Notes under the pieces: generated by a model | What the model saw: the letters and a program-made list of their open reading frames with translations, nothing else | Databases searched by the model: none | Told to the model about the DNA's origin: nothing | Assembly: GCA_902618485.1 (NCBI GenBank) | Contig: CACNAR010000003.1 | Span: 32,268-96,267, forward strand | Origin: an uncultured Pelagibacteraceae bacterium | GTDB lineage: Bacteria; Pseudomonadota; Alphaproteobacteria; Pelagibacterales; Pelagibacteraceae | Direction of reading: 5' to 3' | DNA length: 64,000 nucleotides | Position numbers and translations under genes: made by a program | Shown here: piece by piece, positions 20,296-30,585 of the stretch | How the letters are laid out: each line of letters opens with the position of its first letter | Numbering within the stretch: position 1 is the stretch's first letter

Positions 20296-21666
20296 TTGCC
20301 ACAATCTCTTAAACTTACAAAGGACCCAATATGGTTTTTATTAAGGAAAGTCACAATTCCAGCAAGTGTGGGTTCGTTATTTCAAACTTTTTATAATTTA
20401 GTTGACACATGGTTCGCAGGAAGAATATCAGCTGAAGCAATAGCAGCAATTGCAAAATCTTTTCCAATTTACTTTACTATAATTGCCATAGGTGTTGGTT
20501 TAACAGCTGGTACCAATACATTAATAGGTAATAATTTAGGAGCTAATAATAAAAAAAAAGCTTCATTATTTATTGCTCAATCGATAATTTTTGCAATTTT
20601 TTTATCTGTTCTTGTTACCTTCTTTGGTTTAAACGTTTCAGATTTCTTATTGTCATTAATGGGGTCTGACCCAGATGGAATTACTTTATCAAGAGAATAT
20701 TTAGATATTATTTTTTATGGAACAATTATTGTTTTAATACAAATTTCCTTAAATGGTACTTTAAATGCTCAAGGAGATACTAAAAGTTATAGAAATGTAT
20801 TAATATTTACTTTCTTTTTAAATATTTTCTTAAATCCTTTATTTATTTTTGGATATGGATTTGTACCTGCTTTTGGAATAGCAGGTTTAGCAATAGCCAC
20901 AGTTGTTGCTCAATTTACTGGTCTGCTTTATCTGGCTCATAAGGTATATTGTTGTGAGTTAAAACAATACCTAAAACTAGAATGCTTTATTCCTAAATTT
21001 AATCTTTTGGGTGAGTTAGTTTATCAAACCATACCTGTTATGTTTAGTATGTTATTAATTGGTGTGGGTTTATTTAATATTCTTTATTTCATTGGACAAT
21101 TTGGAGATCTCGCAACTGCTGGTTATGGCGCTGCCCTAAGAATTGAACAAGTTTTTTTACTACCTGTTATAGGCTTGAATACAGCTGTTTTATCTATTGG
21201 TGGACAAAACTTTGGGGCAAAAAATTATGATCGTCTTAGAGAATTATATAAAAAAGCATTACTATTTGGCTCATCTTTCATGATTTGTGCAGGAATAATA
21301 ATTTTTATTGGAGCAGAATTTTTAGTTTCATTATTTACAGACAATTTAGAGGCAGTAAAACATGGTGCAATTTACCTAAAAGTTGCAGCATTGATTGGTC
21401 CTATCTATCCAGTGTTCTTTATTACTACTGCAGTATTTCAAGCAGTTAAAAAACCTCTTTATAGTCTTTATATGAGTGTTTTAAGATTAACAGCTCTTCC
21501 TTTTTTTAGTTTGTGGTATGTAATTAATATTAGAGGAGGTGATTATGAGGACATTTTTTACACCATATTTGTAACAAATTGGTTAATGGGAATTGCAGTT
21601 TTGATGTTTATTGGATATTTCTTAAATAATGTTTTTAAACAAAATAAGAGTCTTTTTACTAATTAA
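20296..21666 (+). CDS. MATE-family efflux transporter
   Basis: 12-TM protein of about 456 aa with N-terminal IPASVGSLFQTFYNLVDTWFAG, typical of MATE/NorM. TTG start in the ORF track. Confidence 0.85.
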   Translation: MPQSLKLTKDPIWFLLRKVTIPASVGSLFQTFYNLVDTWFAGRISAEAIAAIAKSFPIYFTIIAIGVGLTAGTNTLIGNNLGANNKKKASLFIAQSIIFAIFLSVLVTFFGLNVSDFLLSLMGSDPDGITLSREYLDIIFYGTIIVLIQISLNGTLNAQGDTKSYRNVLIFTFFLNIFLNPLFIFGYGFVPAFGIAGLAIATVVAQFTGLLYLAHKVYCCELKQYLKLECFIPKFNLLGELVYQTIPVMFSMLLIGVGLFNILYFIGQFGDLATAGYGAALRIEQVFLLPVIGLNTAVLSIGGQNFGAKNYDRLRELYKKALLFGSSFMICAGIIIFIGAEFLVSLFTDNLEAVKHGAIYLKVAALIGPIYPVFFITTAVFQAVKKPLYSLYMSVLRLTALPFFSLWYVINIRGGDYEDIFYTIFVTNWLMGIAVLMFIGYFLNNVFKQNKSLFTN

Positions 21667-22156
21667 TATACATATAGTTATCCTTTTAACTAGCACAGAA
21701 AATCTGAAAGCAAAAGAGTTAAAAATTATTACAGGTATTGCAAAAGTTATTGATGGTGACACAATTATAATAAATAAAAAAAAAATTCGTCTTTTTGGAA
21801 TTGATGCCCCAGAACAGGATCAAAAATGTCAAAAAATTTGGCTAACAATTTCTTACTTTTCATTTAATAAAGATTATTTTTGCGGTGAGATTTCTACCAA
21901 TAAGCTCAAAAAAAAAATTAACAATCAATTTATGAACTGTAAATGGAAAAATAAAGATAGATATAAAAGATTTATCGCTGAATGTTTTAAGGGCAAGACT
22001 AACATCAATGCTTGGATGGTTCGATATGGTTATGCTGTTGCATATAGAAAATACTCAAAAAAATATGTTGCACATGAAGATATAGCAAAAAAAGATAAAT
22101 TAGGGTTATGGTCTGGTACTTTTGAAATGCCTTGGGATTATAGAAAAAAAAATTAA
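21629..22156 (+). CDS. secreted staphylococcal-nuclease-like (thermonuclease) protein
   Basis: Signal-like N-terminus, then VIDGDTIIINKKKIRLFGIDAPE (SNase motif) and LGLWS near the C-terminus. The start is uncertain because the ORF overlaps the MATE gene by 38 nt. Confidence 0.75.
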   Translation: MFLNKIRVFLLINIHIVILLTSTENLKAKELKIITGIAKVIDGDTIIINKKKIRLFGIDAPEQDQKCQKIWLTISYFSFNKDYFCGEISTNKLKKKINNQFMNCKWKNKDRYKRFIAECFKGKTNINAWMVRYGYAVAYRKYSKKYVAHEDIAKKDKLGLWSGTFEMPWDYRKKN

Positions 22157-22884
22157 TCTTTTTGCAATTTTTTTTCGAATTTTCTCACTAGATAGGAAAC
22201 AATTAATATTAAAACTAAATACTCAAGAATTAAAAATGTATATATTTCAAGAGGGCGATAGGTTGTAACAACAAGTTCGTTAGCTTTTCTTGTCAAATCA
22301 CCAATGCCTATAATCGAAACTAAAGAGGACATCTTTAAGACATAGACAAATTGATTTCCTATTGCAGGTAAAATATTTTTGATAGCTTGAGGAAGAATAA
22401 CAAGCTTTAATTTTTTGACAAAATTTAATCCTAACGAACTTCCAGCCTCCCACTGGGACTTCTTAATAGAGTTTATGCCCGCTCTAAAAATTTCTGCTTG
22501 AAACGCACTTTCACTTATAGATAGTGCAATAATGCCAGATACAAATGGACTAAAGCTAATACCCGTCATTATTGGTAGTCCATAATAGATCCATAATATC
22601 AATACTAATAATGGTATCGCTCTGACAATCTCAACATATCCAATATTAATATAAGTTAAAAATTTATTTTTAGCTAATGATGGTATGGCTACGATTAATC
22701 CAACGAAGATTGAGATAATAATTGAAACTAAAGAAATAAAAATTGTGGTGGTTAAACCACTTAATAAAAATTTTAAATTTGTTAAACCTTCAATATTATT
22801 TGGTGATAAGATTAGCCAATTAAGTTCGCCTTTATTACATGAAGTTAAAGGGATAACTAAAAGTAAAAAAAATAAATTTCTCAC
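22153..22884 (-). CDS. ABC transporter permease, polar amino-acid (His/Glu/Gln/Arg/opine) type
   Basis: BPD_transp_1-type permease with an EAA-like loop (SESAFQAEIFRAGINSI...EAGSSLGL). Confidence 0.85.
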   Translation of the reverse strand: MRNLFFLLLVIPLTSCNKGELNWLILSPNNIEGLTNLKFLLSGLTTTIFISLVSIIISIFVGLIVAIPSLAKNKFLTYINIGYVEIVRAIPLLVLILWIYYGLPIMTGISFSPFVSGIIALSISESAFQAEIFRAGINSIKKSQWEAGSSLGLNFVKKLKLVILPQAIKNILPAIGNQFVYVLKMSSLVSIIGIGDLTRKANELVVTTYRPLEIYTFLILEYLVLILIVSYLVRKFEKKLQKD

Positions 22885-22924
22885 CCTCCAATTTATAAAG
22901 TATTAAGCAGTAAATACTAATCTA

Positions 22925-23707
22925 TTATAGACTTTTTAGATTATATTTAGCTAACAACTTAGTAAAGAAGCCCGATGATTTCTTCTTTTTTATCCATTCA
23001 TTAACATAGTTGTTCCATTTATTATCACCCTTAGGAACCATCATAGCTAAAAAAGCAGGATTTTTTTCACCATCAGGAACGATAGCTAATTGTGGATATT
23101 TTATAACTAACTTATTTGCTTCTGTTGAACTTGTTATATTTCCATCTGCTCTTCCAGCTAGTACTTCTTGAAAATCTCTAGCAGGGGCTTCTACAGAATT
23201 CAATTTTGATTTGGGAAAAAATTCTTTTGCTTTTTCTTCCTGTGATGTACCAAGAGTAGTTGCAATAGTTACATTTGAATTGTTAAGAGAGTCCCAAGTC
23301 GAAAATTTAGCTAAATTCTTTTTTAGAACAAGTGGTACAGTTCCATATTTATAGTAAGTGTCAGTAAATCCAGCAACTTCAGCTCTTTTTGGAGTTTTTG
23401 TTACACTCGTTGATATATCATATCTTTCAGAAGTTATTCCAGAAACGATAGTTTTCCACTCAGCTGGTACAAATTCAATTTTAACACCCATGTCCTTAGC
23501 TAACTCATTCATTACGTCGATATCAAATCCTTTATATTTATTAGTCGCTGGATCTTTGATAGTCATAGGATCCCAATCACCAGTTGTTCCAACTTTTAAG
23601 ACACCTGATGATAAAATTTTGTCTAAATTTGAGTCTGCGTTTAAATTAAAGGGTAAAAGAGCAAAGATTGCTAAATAAATTAATTTTTTCATTCTTATTT
23701 TTAACAA
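22925..23707 (-). CDS. periplasmic substrate-binding protein, family 3 (polar amino-acid / PheC-like)
   Basis: Signal peptide, then [12 protein letters not shown]...GFDIDV... typical of SBP_bac_3. The start may be the second Met at 23692. Confidence 0.85.
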   Translation of the reverse strand: MLKIRMKKLIYLAIFALLPFNLNADSNLDKILSSGVLKVGTTGDWDPMTIKDPATNKYKGFDIDVMNELAKDMGVKIEFVPAEWKTIVSGITSERYDISTSVTKTPKRAEVAGFTDTYYKYGTVPLVLKKNLAKFSTWDSLNNSNVTIATTLGTSQEEKAKEFFPKSKLNSVEAPARDFQEVLAGRADGNITSSTEANKLVIKYPQLAIVPDGEKNPAFLAMMVPKGDNKWNNYVNEWIKKKKSSGFFTKLLAKYNLKSL

Positions 23708-23725
23708 ATTTAAAAAAAAATGAGA

Positions 23726-24289
23726 CTATAATCTTGACGCACTATCATTCATCCAAGAAAATAAATGATGTGAAAAAGAGCGTCTTACAAAAAGATTCAC
23801 GTCATTTTGACTTTCATTCTGTATTATCACATCAATTTTTGCTAATATTGTTTGTATAACAGAGCCCTTTTTTTTTCTAAAATCATTGAAATTAAACGGT
23901 GATCCAGACTCAAATAAATCGTAAATTTTGTCACCTTTAAGGTTAATCAAAACAAATTGGTCGGTAACATCTGTGACAGCTCCTAAATTTGTTTTACAAA
24001 TACTCTTATTAAGTAAACTTTCTGTTTGATAAACGTTGCTACCAATATTAGAAACTTCATTTGAAAAAATCATCCATTCATCAGGACTTAGCCAAAGTGC
24101 GGTTAATTTATCGCTTTTAGTAAAAGTATTTGCTTCAGCTGGCAATATCAAATTTAATGATTTTCCAACTGCAGATAAAAATTCTCTTTTTTTCCCTCTT
24201 AGAATCAGTTTCATTATAGGTTTAACTTCTTTCATTTGTAATCCTGAATAAGATTTTTCTTCTGTAATTGCGTTTGAATAATTAAGCAT
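23726..24289 (-). CDS. soxG: sarcosine oxidase gamma subunit
   Basis: Last gene of a soxB-D-A-G-ordered operon; size and LSPDEWMI-type motif fit SoxG. Overlaps the soxA stop by 8 nt. Confidence 0.8.
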   Translation of the reverse strand: MLNYSNAITEEKSYSGLQMKEVKPIMKLILRGKKREFLSAVGKSLNLILPAEANTFTKSDKLTALWLSPDEWMIFSNEVSNIGSNVYQTESLLNKSICKTNLGAVTDVTDQFVLINLKGDKIYDLFESGSPFNFNDFRKKKGSVIQTILAKIDVIIQNESQNDVNLFVRRSFSHHLFSWMNDSASRL

Positions 24290-27287
24290 TTAATCTTTTA
24301 TTCTCCTTGTCTAAAAACACTGGATCCGTAACTGTCACGTTGATTTGTTTATTTTCCATTGGGATAATTAGTTTTTGACCCATCATATTTTTTCCGCCTT
24401 TAACAACACCTAAAGCAATAGATTTTTCTAAATTTGGACTATAGTAACTTGAAGTGACATGGCCCAACATTTCAACTGGTGACTTGTTTGCATCCGCAAC
24501 AATTTGAGCACCTTCCTCTAAAACTTCTTTTGGATTTTCTGTAACCAAACCAATTAACTGTTTTCTATCTTCTCTGATTGTATCTGATCTATATAAAGAT
24601 CTTTTACCGATAAAGTCGTATTTCTTTTTACTAACCATCCAATCCATTTGTAAATCGATTGGTGTCATGGTTGCATCTGTGTCTTGCCCTACAATTATAA
24701 ATCCTTTTTCTGCTCTAAGTAAATGCATTGTTTCAGTCCCATAAGGTGTGATATTAAATTCTTTTCCTGCCTGCATACACTTGTCCCATACAGATTTTCC
24801 ATAGTTAGCCTGAACATTAATTTCAAAACTTTGTTCACCAGTAAAACTTATTCTCATTACCCTACATTTGACTTTGTCAATTTTGGTATCTTTAAAAGAC
24901 ATATGTGGAAATTTATCATCGGACAAATCTAGATTAGGAATTACTTTTGAAATAATTTTTTTACTGTTTGGACCACATACACTAATTGTTGCATAATGAT
25001 CTGTCACTGAAGTAAGGTATACGTCTAACTCTGGCCACTCTGTTTGAAGATAATCTTCTAGTTTACCTAAAACGTTTGCGGCTCCACCTGTTGTTGTAGT
25101 CATAATGTAGTGATTTTCATCTAAGCGTGTTGTTACACCATCGTCATAAACCATGCCATCTTCATTAAGCATTAATCCATATCGACATTTTCCAATAGCA
25201 AGCTTTGACCATGCATTGGTATAAACTCTATTTAAAAACTCAGAGGCATCTGTACCTTGAATATCAATCTTACCTAATGTTGAAGCATCTAATATACCGG
25301 CACTGTCTCTTGCAGCCTTACTTTCTCTTTGCACAGCTTCATGCATACCTTCGTTTTCTTTTGGATAAAACCAAGCTCTCTTCCATTGTCCTACGTTTTC
25401 AAATTTTGCTTTATTTTCAACGTGCCAATCATGAATAGGAGTTTTTCTAAAAACATCAAAATATTCTCCTACATTTCTACCAACAATTGTCCCAAAAGTA
25501 AGAGGAGTATAGGGTGGTCTAAATGTTGTTGTACCAAGCTCACCCATTTTAGAGCCTGCAGTTTCAGAGATAATTCCCAAAGCATGCATGTTACCAAGTT
25601 TACCTTGATCAGTACCCATACCTGTTGTTGTATATCTTTTAACATGTTCAATTGATCTGAAACCTTCTCTTAAAGCTAATTTGATATCTTTTGCTGTAGC
25701 ATCATTTTGATAATCAACAAATGGTTTTGTCTTACCAATTATCTTATCAGATGGAAGTAACCATATATTTCTTTTAGTTTTATTGAAATGAGATTGGATC
25801 TCAAGATTTTCATATTCAGTTTTCTTAATATTTAAGAAATCTTTAAGTTTTTTTGAAATACTTGATAATATTTCATCTAATGTAAATTCTCCATTACAAG
25901 AACCTATACTTATTTGATCTGAAGGATATGTATCTGGAATAAATACTTGATCTTCATCTCTGAATTTCAATTTTCCGCCAGATTGTGTGAAAAGATGTAC
26001 TGCTGGCGTCCATCCTCCAGACATGCCAAGGCAATCACAATCAATAGAAATTTTAGAGCCCACAACTTTTTGACCATCTTTAGAGAGTTGCATTATTGAA
26101 ATTTTATTAATCCTTTTGTATCCAAATGTATTAACAACTGTATAACCTTTATATATTTTTATGTTATTTTTTTCTATTTCTTTGACTAATTTTGAATCAA
26201 CATTTTCTCTATTATCGATAATAGCTTCAATATTAATTCCTTTTTGAAATAAACTTATTGCTGTTTCATAGGCACTATCATTGTTAGTAAAAATAATATT
26301 TTTTTGGCCACATGCAACACCAAACAAATTTGAGTATTTTTCTATGGCGGATGATAGCAAAATTCCCGGTCGGTCATTATTGTCAAATACCAAGGGTCTT
26401 TCTAAAGATCCCGTTGCACTTATAACCTTTTTTGCTCTAATTTTCAGTAGTCTATGACGAACTTTTCCATCTCTTTGATGCAAAGGTAAATGATCCGTCA
26501 AATTTTCTCGTGCCAATAAAAAATTGTAGCCATGAAAAGCAGCAACACTTGTTCTTGTCTTTATTTCTAAATTATCAATTTTTTTTATTTCATTTATTTC
26601 TTTCTCTAACCATGAACTCGAGATTTGATTGTTAATCTTGAAGTGTTCTGAATTTTGATAAATTGTAGAACCACCAAGAAGAGGTTTTTCATCTACTAAT
26701 AATGTTTTAAAACCATTTTTTGCAGAAGTTTTTGCTGCGATTATTCCTGAAATACCAGCACCAATGATTAAAACATCACAATGTATATATTTATGCTCAT
26801 ATATATCAGGGTCAGGCTCCGTAGGTGATTTACCTAAACCTGCAGATTTTCTAATAAAAAACTCATATTTTTCCCAAAAACTTGCTGGCCACATGAAAGT
26901 TTTATAATAAAAACCTGCCGGAAGAACTGGACTTAAAAAATTATTTATAGCTCCTAAATCGAAGTTAACACTAGGCCAACAATTTTGACTTGAAGCTTCA
27001 AGTCCTTCATAAATTTCTATTTCTGTTGCTCTAACATTTGGTTCTGTCCTAGATGTATTTTTATGAAGTTGAACAATAGCATTAGGCTCTTCTGAGCCAG
27101 CAGTCATTATTCCTCTTGGCCTATGGTATTTAAAACTTCTTCCGACTAAATGGATATTATTAGCTAAAAGGGCAGATGCTAATGTATCTCCCTTGTAACC
27201 ATAATAAGTTTTATTATTGAACTTAAATGAAATTTTATATGTCTCATCTATAAACTTACTTGATTTAACTCTTAAATTGTTTGTCAT
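24282..27287 (-). CDS. soxA: sarcosine oxidase alpha subunit
   Basis: 1001 aa. N-terminal 2Fe-2S-like fold, NAD/FAD dinucleotide motif VLIIGAGISGIIAA, C-terminal GcvT-like folate-binding domain. Confidence 0.93.
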   Translation of the reverse strand: MTNNLRVKSSKFIDETYKISFKFNNKTYYGYKGDTLASALLANNIHLVGRSFKYHRPRGIMTAGSEEPNAIVQLHKNTSRTEPNVRATEIEIYEGLEASSQNCWPSVNFDLGAINNFLSPVLPAGFYYKTFMWPASFWEKYEFFIRKSAGLGKSPTEPDPDIYEHKYIHCDVLIIGAGISGIIAAKTSAKNGFKTLLVDEKPLLGGSTIYQNSEHFKINNQISSSWLEKEINEIKKIDNLEIKTRTSVAAFHGYNFLLARENLTDHLPLHQRDGKVRHRLLKIRAKKVISATGSLERPLVFDNNDRPGILLSSAIEKYSNLFGVACGQKNIIFTNNDSAYETAISLFQKGINIEAIIDNRENVDSKLVKEIEKNNIKIYKGYTVVNTFGYKRINKISIMQLSKDGQKVVGSKISIDCDCLGMSGGWTPAVHLFTQSGGKLKFRDEDQVFIPDTYPSDQISIGSCNGEFTLDEILSSISKKLKDFLNIKKTEYENLEIQSHFNKTKRNIWLLPSDKIIGKTKPFVDYQNDATAKDIKLALREGFRSIEHVKRYTTTGMGTDQGKLGNMHALGIISETAGSKMGELGTTTFRPPYTPLTFGTIVGRNVGEYFDVFRKTPIHDWHVENKAKFENVGQWKRAWFYPKENEGMHEAVQRESKAARDSAGILDASTLGKIDIQGTDASEFLNRVYTNAWSKLAIGKCRYGLMLNEDGMVYDDGVTTRLDENHYIMTTTTGGAANVLGKLEDYLQTEWPELDVYLTSVTDHYATISVCGPNSKKIISKVIPNLDLSDDKFPHMSFKDTKIDKVKCRVMRISFTGEQSFEINVQANYGKSVWDKCMQAGKEFNITPYGTETMHLLRAEKGFIIVGQDTDATMTPIDLQMDWMVSKKKYDFIGKRSLYRSDTIREDRKQLIGLVTENPKEVLEEGAQIVADANKSPVEMLGHVTSSYYSPNLEKSIALGVVKGGKNMMGQKLIIPMENKQINVTVTDPVFLDKENKRLNA

Positions 27288-27565
27288 TTATATTTTGTCG
27301 GAGGTTTTTCACCCATTTTATAAATTGCTTTAATTTCATCATTAGATGTATCTCTAACCATATTAAACCATTTTCTACATCCATGGGTATGAACCCATCT
27401 TTCGAACTGGACACCTTTGATATTTTTTCTCATGAAAAGATATTCGGCCCACTGATCATCACTTAATTCAGTTGGCTGTTTTGGTCTAACTATATGAGCT
27501 TCTCCTCCAGCTTTAAACTCACTTTGTTCTCTTTCACCACAATAAGGACAATGAATCAAAAACAT
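27284..27565 (-). CDS. soxD: sarcosine oxidase delta subunit
   Basis: 93 aa, [17 protein letters not shown]...HTHGC zinc motif typical of SoxD. ATGA overlaps on both sides. Confidence 0.92.
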   Translation of the reverse strand: MFLIHCPYCGEREQSEFKAGGEAHIVRPKQPTELSDDQWAEYLFMRKNIKGVQFERWVHTHGCRKWFNMVRDTSNDEIKAIYKMGEKPPTKYK

Positions 27566-28818
27566 CAGTGTGCTACAGCAGCTGCACCATGTTCATCAAC
27601 AAGATCTCCACTTACAAATCTATTAAGATTAAATGCAGCATTTAATTTATGAGGTTCATCATTTGCTATTGTATGGGCAAATAGATCTCCTGAACCTGGT
27701 GTTGCTTTAAATCCTCCAGTGCCCCAACCACAGTTAAAATATAAACCTTTAATTGGTGTCTTACTAATAATAGGACTCGCGTCAGGACAAATATCTACAA
27801 TACCACCCCATTGTCTTAACATTCTCATTCGGCTAAATATTGGATATAATTCTAAAATAGCATTTAAAGTTCCCTCTACAATTTCATGACTTCCTTTTTG
27901 GGAATAAGAAACGTAGTCATCTGTACCAGCTCCAATTACTAGCTCACCTTTATCAGACTGACTAACATAAGCATGTACAGCATTAGACATAACTACTGTA
28001 TCAATAATAGGTTTTACTGGCTCGGACACTAATGCTTGAAGAGGTTTACTTTCCAAAGGTAACTTTAAGCCTGCCATATTTGCTATTACACTTGAATGAC
28101 CAGCAGCAACAACACCAATTTTTTTTGTTTTGATAAAACCTTTAGTTGTTTCAATACCCTCAATACCATCACCACTTCTTTTAATTCCTTTGACTTCGCA
28201 ATTTTGAATTATATCAACACCCATTTCATCAGCACCTCTTGCGTAACCCCATGCAACGGCATCATGACGTGCTGTACCAGCTCTACGCTGGAGAGTTCCT
28301 CCTAAAACTGGATATCTAATATCTGGAGATGTATTTATAATTGGACAAAATTTTTTTACTTGCTCTGTGTTAAGATAAACTGCATCAATACCATTCAGTC
28401 TATTAGCATGAGTTCTTCTCTTAAGATCTCTAACATCTTGTAAATTATGGGCGAGATTCATTACACCTCGTTGACTGAACATCACATTGTAATTTAATTC
28501 TTGTGAAAGATTTTCCCAAATTTTTAAAGCATGATCATATAAACCTGCACTTGCATCCCATAAATAATTAGATCTTATTATAGTAGTATTTCTTCCAGTG
28601 TTACCTCCACCAATCCAACCTTTTTCCACTACAGCTATATTTTTCATATTATGTTTTTTGGCAAGATAATAAGCTGTTGCTAATCCATGACCTCCACCGC
28701 CAATAATCACAATGTCATATTCTTTTTTGGGTTCTGGATCACCCCAGGCTTTTTGCCAATTTTCGTGATATGAAAAAGAATTTTTAATTAGCGAAATTAT
28801 TGAATATTTATTTTTCAT
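27565..28818 (-). CDS. soxB: sarcosine oxidase beta subunit
   Basis: FAD motif [19 protein letters not shown]; DAO-family protein of 417 aa heading the sox operon. Confidence 0.93.
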   Translation of the reverse strand: MKNKYSIISLIKNSFSYHENWQKAWGDPEPKKEYDIVIIGGGGHGLATAYYLAKKHNMKNIAVVEKGWIGGGNTGRNTTIIRSNYLWDASAGLYDHALKIWENLSQELNYNVMFSQRGVMNLAHNLQDVRDLKRRTHANRLNGIDAVYLNTEQVKKFCPIINTSPDIRYPVLGGTLQRRAGTARHDAVAWGYARGADEMGVDIIQNCEVKGIKRSGDGIEGIETTKGFIKTKKIGVVAAGHSSVIANMAGLKLPLESKPLQALVSEPVKPIIDTVVMSNAVHAYVSQSDKGELVIGAGTDDYVSYSQKGSHEIVEGTLNAILELYPIFSRMRMLRQWGGIVDICPDASPIISKTPIKGLYFNCGWGTGGFKATPGSGDLFAHTIANDEPHKLNAAFNLNRFVSGDLVDEHGAAAVAH

Positions 28819-28841
28819 TGTGCAATAAATACTTGATTAAT

Positions 28842-28855
28842 ATTGAATATTCAAT
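28842..28855. promoter_or_regulatory. 14-bp perfect palindrome upstream of soxB (candidate operator)
   Basis: ATTGAATATTCAAT sits 23 nt upstream of the soxB ATG, in the only non-coding stretch ahead of the sox operon. Confidence 0.3.
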
Positions 28856-28880
28856 GATTTCAAGTTACACACTCAATAAT

Positions 28881-28972
28881 GGAAAGGTGGGTGAGAGGCT
28901 TAAACCAGTCGTTTGCTAAATGACCGTGCGAGGAAACTTGTACCGAGGGTTCGAATCCCTCCCTTTCCGCCA
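28881..28972 (+). tRNA. tRNA-Ser (anticodon GCU), CCA encoded
   Basis: Acceptor GGAAAGG/CCTTTCC, D stem GGT/ACC, anticodon stem GTCGT/ATGAC with loop TTGCTAA. Long variable arm, T arm GAGGG-TTCGAAT-CCCTC, discriminator G plus CCA. Confidence 0.95.
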
Positions 28973-28987
28973 TTTATAAGAAAAAAT

Positions 28988-30583
28988 CTATCTTTTAAAT
29001 AATTCTTTTAATTTATTGTTAATCTTCAATGAGACCGATTCCCAATCATTTATTTTGACAGCTTCAATTATCTCTAAATTTTCATAGAAACACTTTTCTT
29101 TTAATTCTATATGCCATCGCCAATCAGGATTAGAATTAAGTAATAGCAGAGTTTTAACACCCATTGTAGATGCAAGATGAGTCATTGAGGTGTCAACTGA
29201 AATCAACAGATCTATATTATTTAAAATAGAGATAGTATCAACAAAACTCTTATCTCCTAAATCTATTTCTTCTGAGAAATCTGTAATAAACTCTTGTAAG
29301 TTATTTGATTTGATATCTTTTGAAAAATTGTCTTTCTGTAAACTTAAAAAAGAGTAATTTTTATTTTTAATTAAATTACCAAAAAATTTAAAAGGGATAG
29401 ATCTCTGTTGATCATCTAGAAATTTTTCGTTTCCTTTCCATTGAATAGCAATGATTGGTCTTTTTAAATTCTCAAGTTTTTTTTTCCATTTCAAATCATT
29501 AGAAATATCATTTGATATAAAAGAGATACATCTTTTAAATTTATTTTCTATTTTATATTGTATATATGGTAGAGTTAATAAATATTGATAAAAATCAATG
29601 TTATTAACTTGATCTAAGTTATTTATAATTTTACATGGACAATTTTGAAAAATATGTGAAATTTTTTTATTAATATAAAAGAATATTTCACAATTAAATT
29701 TTTCTTTTAACCAAAAAATGTATCTAGCAAATTGTAAATTATCTCCAATACCTTGTTCACTAAGGATCAAAATTTTCTTATTATCTATCTTTTCATTAAA
29801 CCATTCTTTACAATTAAAATCTTTAACCAATTTATTAGTGATTTTTAAATTATCTAATTGTGTTTTTTTTCTTGCTTCAAAAAAATAAAAACCTTTTTCA
29901 TAATTGTGTAAGGCAAAGTAAGACTTACTTAAGCCTATTTTGGCAATTGTATGATCTTTATCTATATCTAAAACTTTATTATAATTTATGATTGAGTTTT
30001 CAAAATCTTTTGTTTGTAATAAACAATTAGCTAAATTTAGAATAGCTTGTTTATTTTTATTATTTATATTAAGGCACTGTTTAAATAAATTAATTGCTTT
30101 TTTAAAGTTAATTTGCTTAAAATAACATATCCCAAGATTATTTAGAGCATTTAAATTTTTTGGTTCCTTTAATAAGATATCTTCAAATTTTTTTTTGGCA
30201 TTTTCATACTCCTTATTCATCATTTCAATTAATCCAAGATGATATTTAGCTAATAAATTTTCTTGATTTATGCTGAGCGTTTTATTGAAATAATCTATTG
30301 TTTTTTTTACTTTTTTTTCTTGGAAAAAAACAAGTCCTAAATTTAAATTTGCAAATTCATGATTTTTATCTATTTCGAGGATTTTAAAAAAAAATTTTTT
30401 TGCATTTTCATTATTATTTTTTTTTATTTCTATTATACCTAAGTATAAAAAAGCTATTATTTGAGTTGATTTTTCATTTTGTAAAAATCTAAAACACTCA
30501 ATAGCTTCACTTAGTTTATTTCTGTTGAAAAATTCTATTCCAGATTTTAATTTTTGTTGAAAAAAAGATTGATTAAATTCCAT
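28988..30583 (-). CDS. TPR-repeat protein with C-terminal glycosyltransferase family 9 (heptosyltransferase)-like domain
   Basis: N-terminal half is tandem TPRs (AIECF..., NLGLVFFQ..., NNLGICYF...). C-terminal half has GT9-like ILILSEQGIGDNLQFARYI and DLLISVDTSMTHLASTMGVKTLLL. Confidence 0.75.
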   Translation of the reverse strand: MEFNQSFFQQKLKSGIEFFNRNKLSEAIECFRFLQNEKSTQIIAFLYLGIIEIKKNNNENAKKFFFKILEIDKNHEFANLNLGLVFFQEKKVKKTIDYFNKTLSINQENLLAKYHLGLIEMMNKEYENAKKKFEDILLKEPKNLNALNNLGICYFKQINFKKAINLFKQCLNINNKNKQAILNLANCLLQTKDFENSIINYNKVLDIDKDHTIAKIGLSKSYFALHNYEKGFYFFEARKKTQLDNLKITNKLVKDFNCKEWFNEKIDNKKILILSEQGIGDNLQFARYIFWLKEKFNCEIFFYINKKISHIFQNCPCKIINNLDQVNNIDFYQYLLTLPYIQYKIENKFKRCISFISNDISNDLKWKKKLENLKRPIIAIQWKGNEKFLDDQQRSIPFKFFGNLIKNKNYSFLSLQKDNFSKDIKSNNLQEFITDFSEEIDLGDKSFVDTISILNNIDLLISVDTSMTHLASTMGVKTLLLLNSNPDWRWHIELKEKCFYENLEIIEAVKINDWESVSLKINNKLKELFKR

Positions 30584-30585
30584 AT

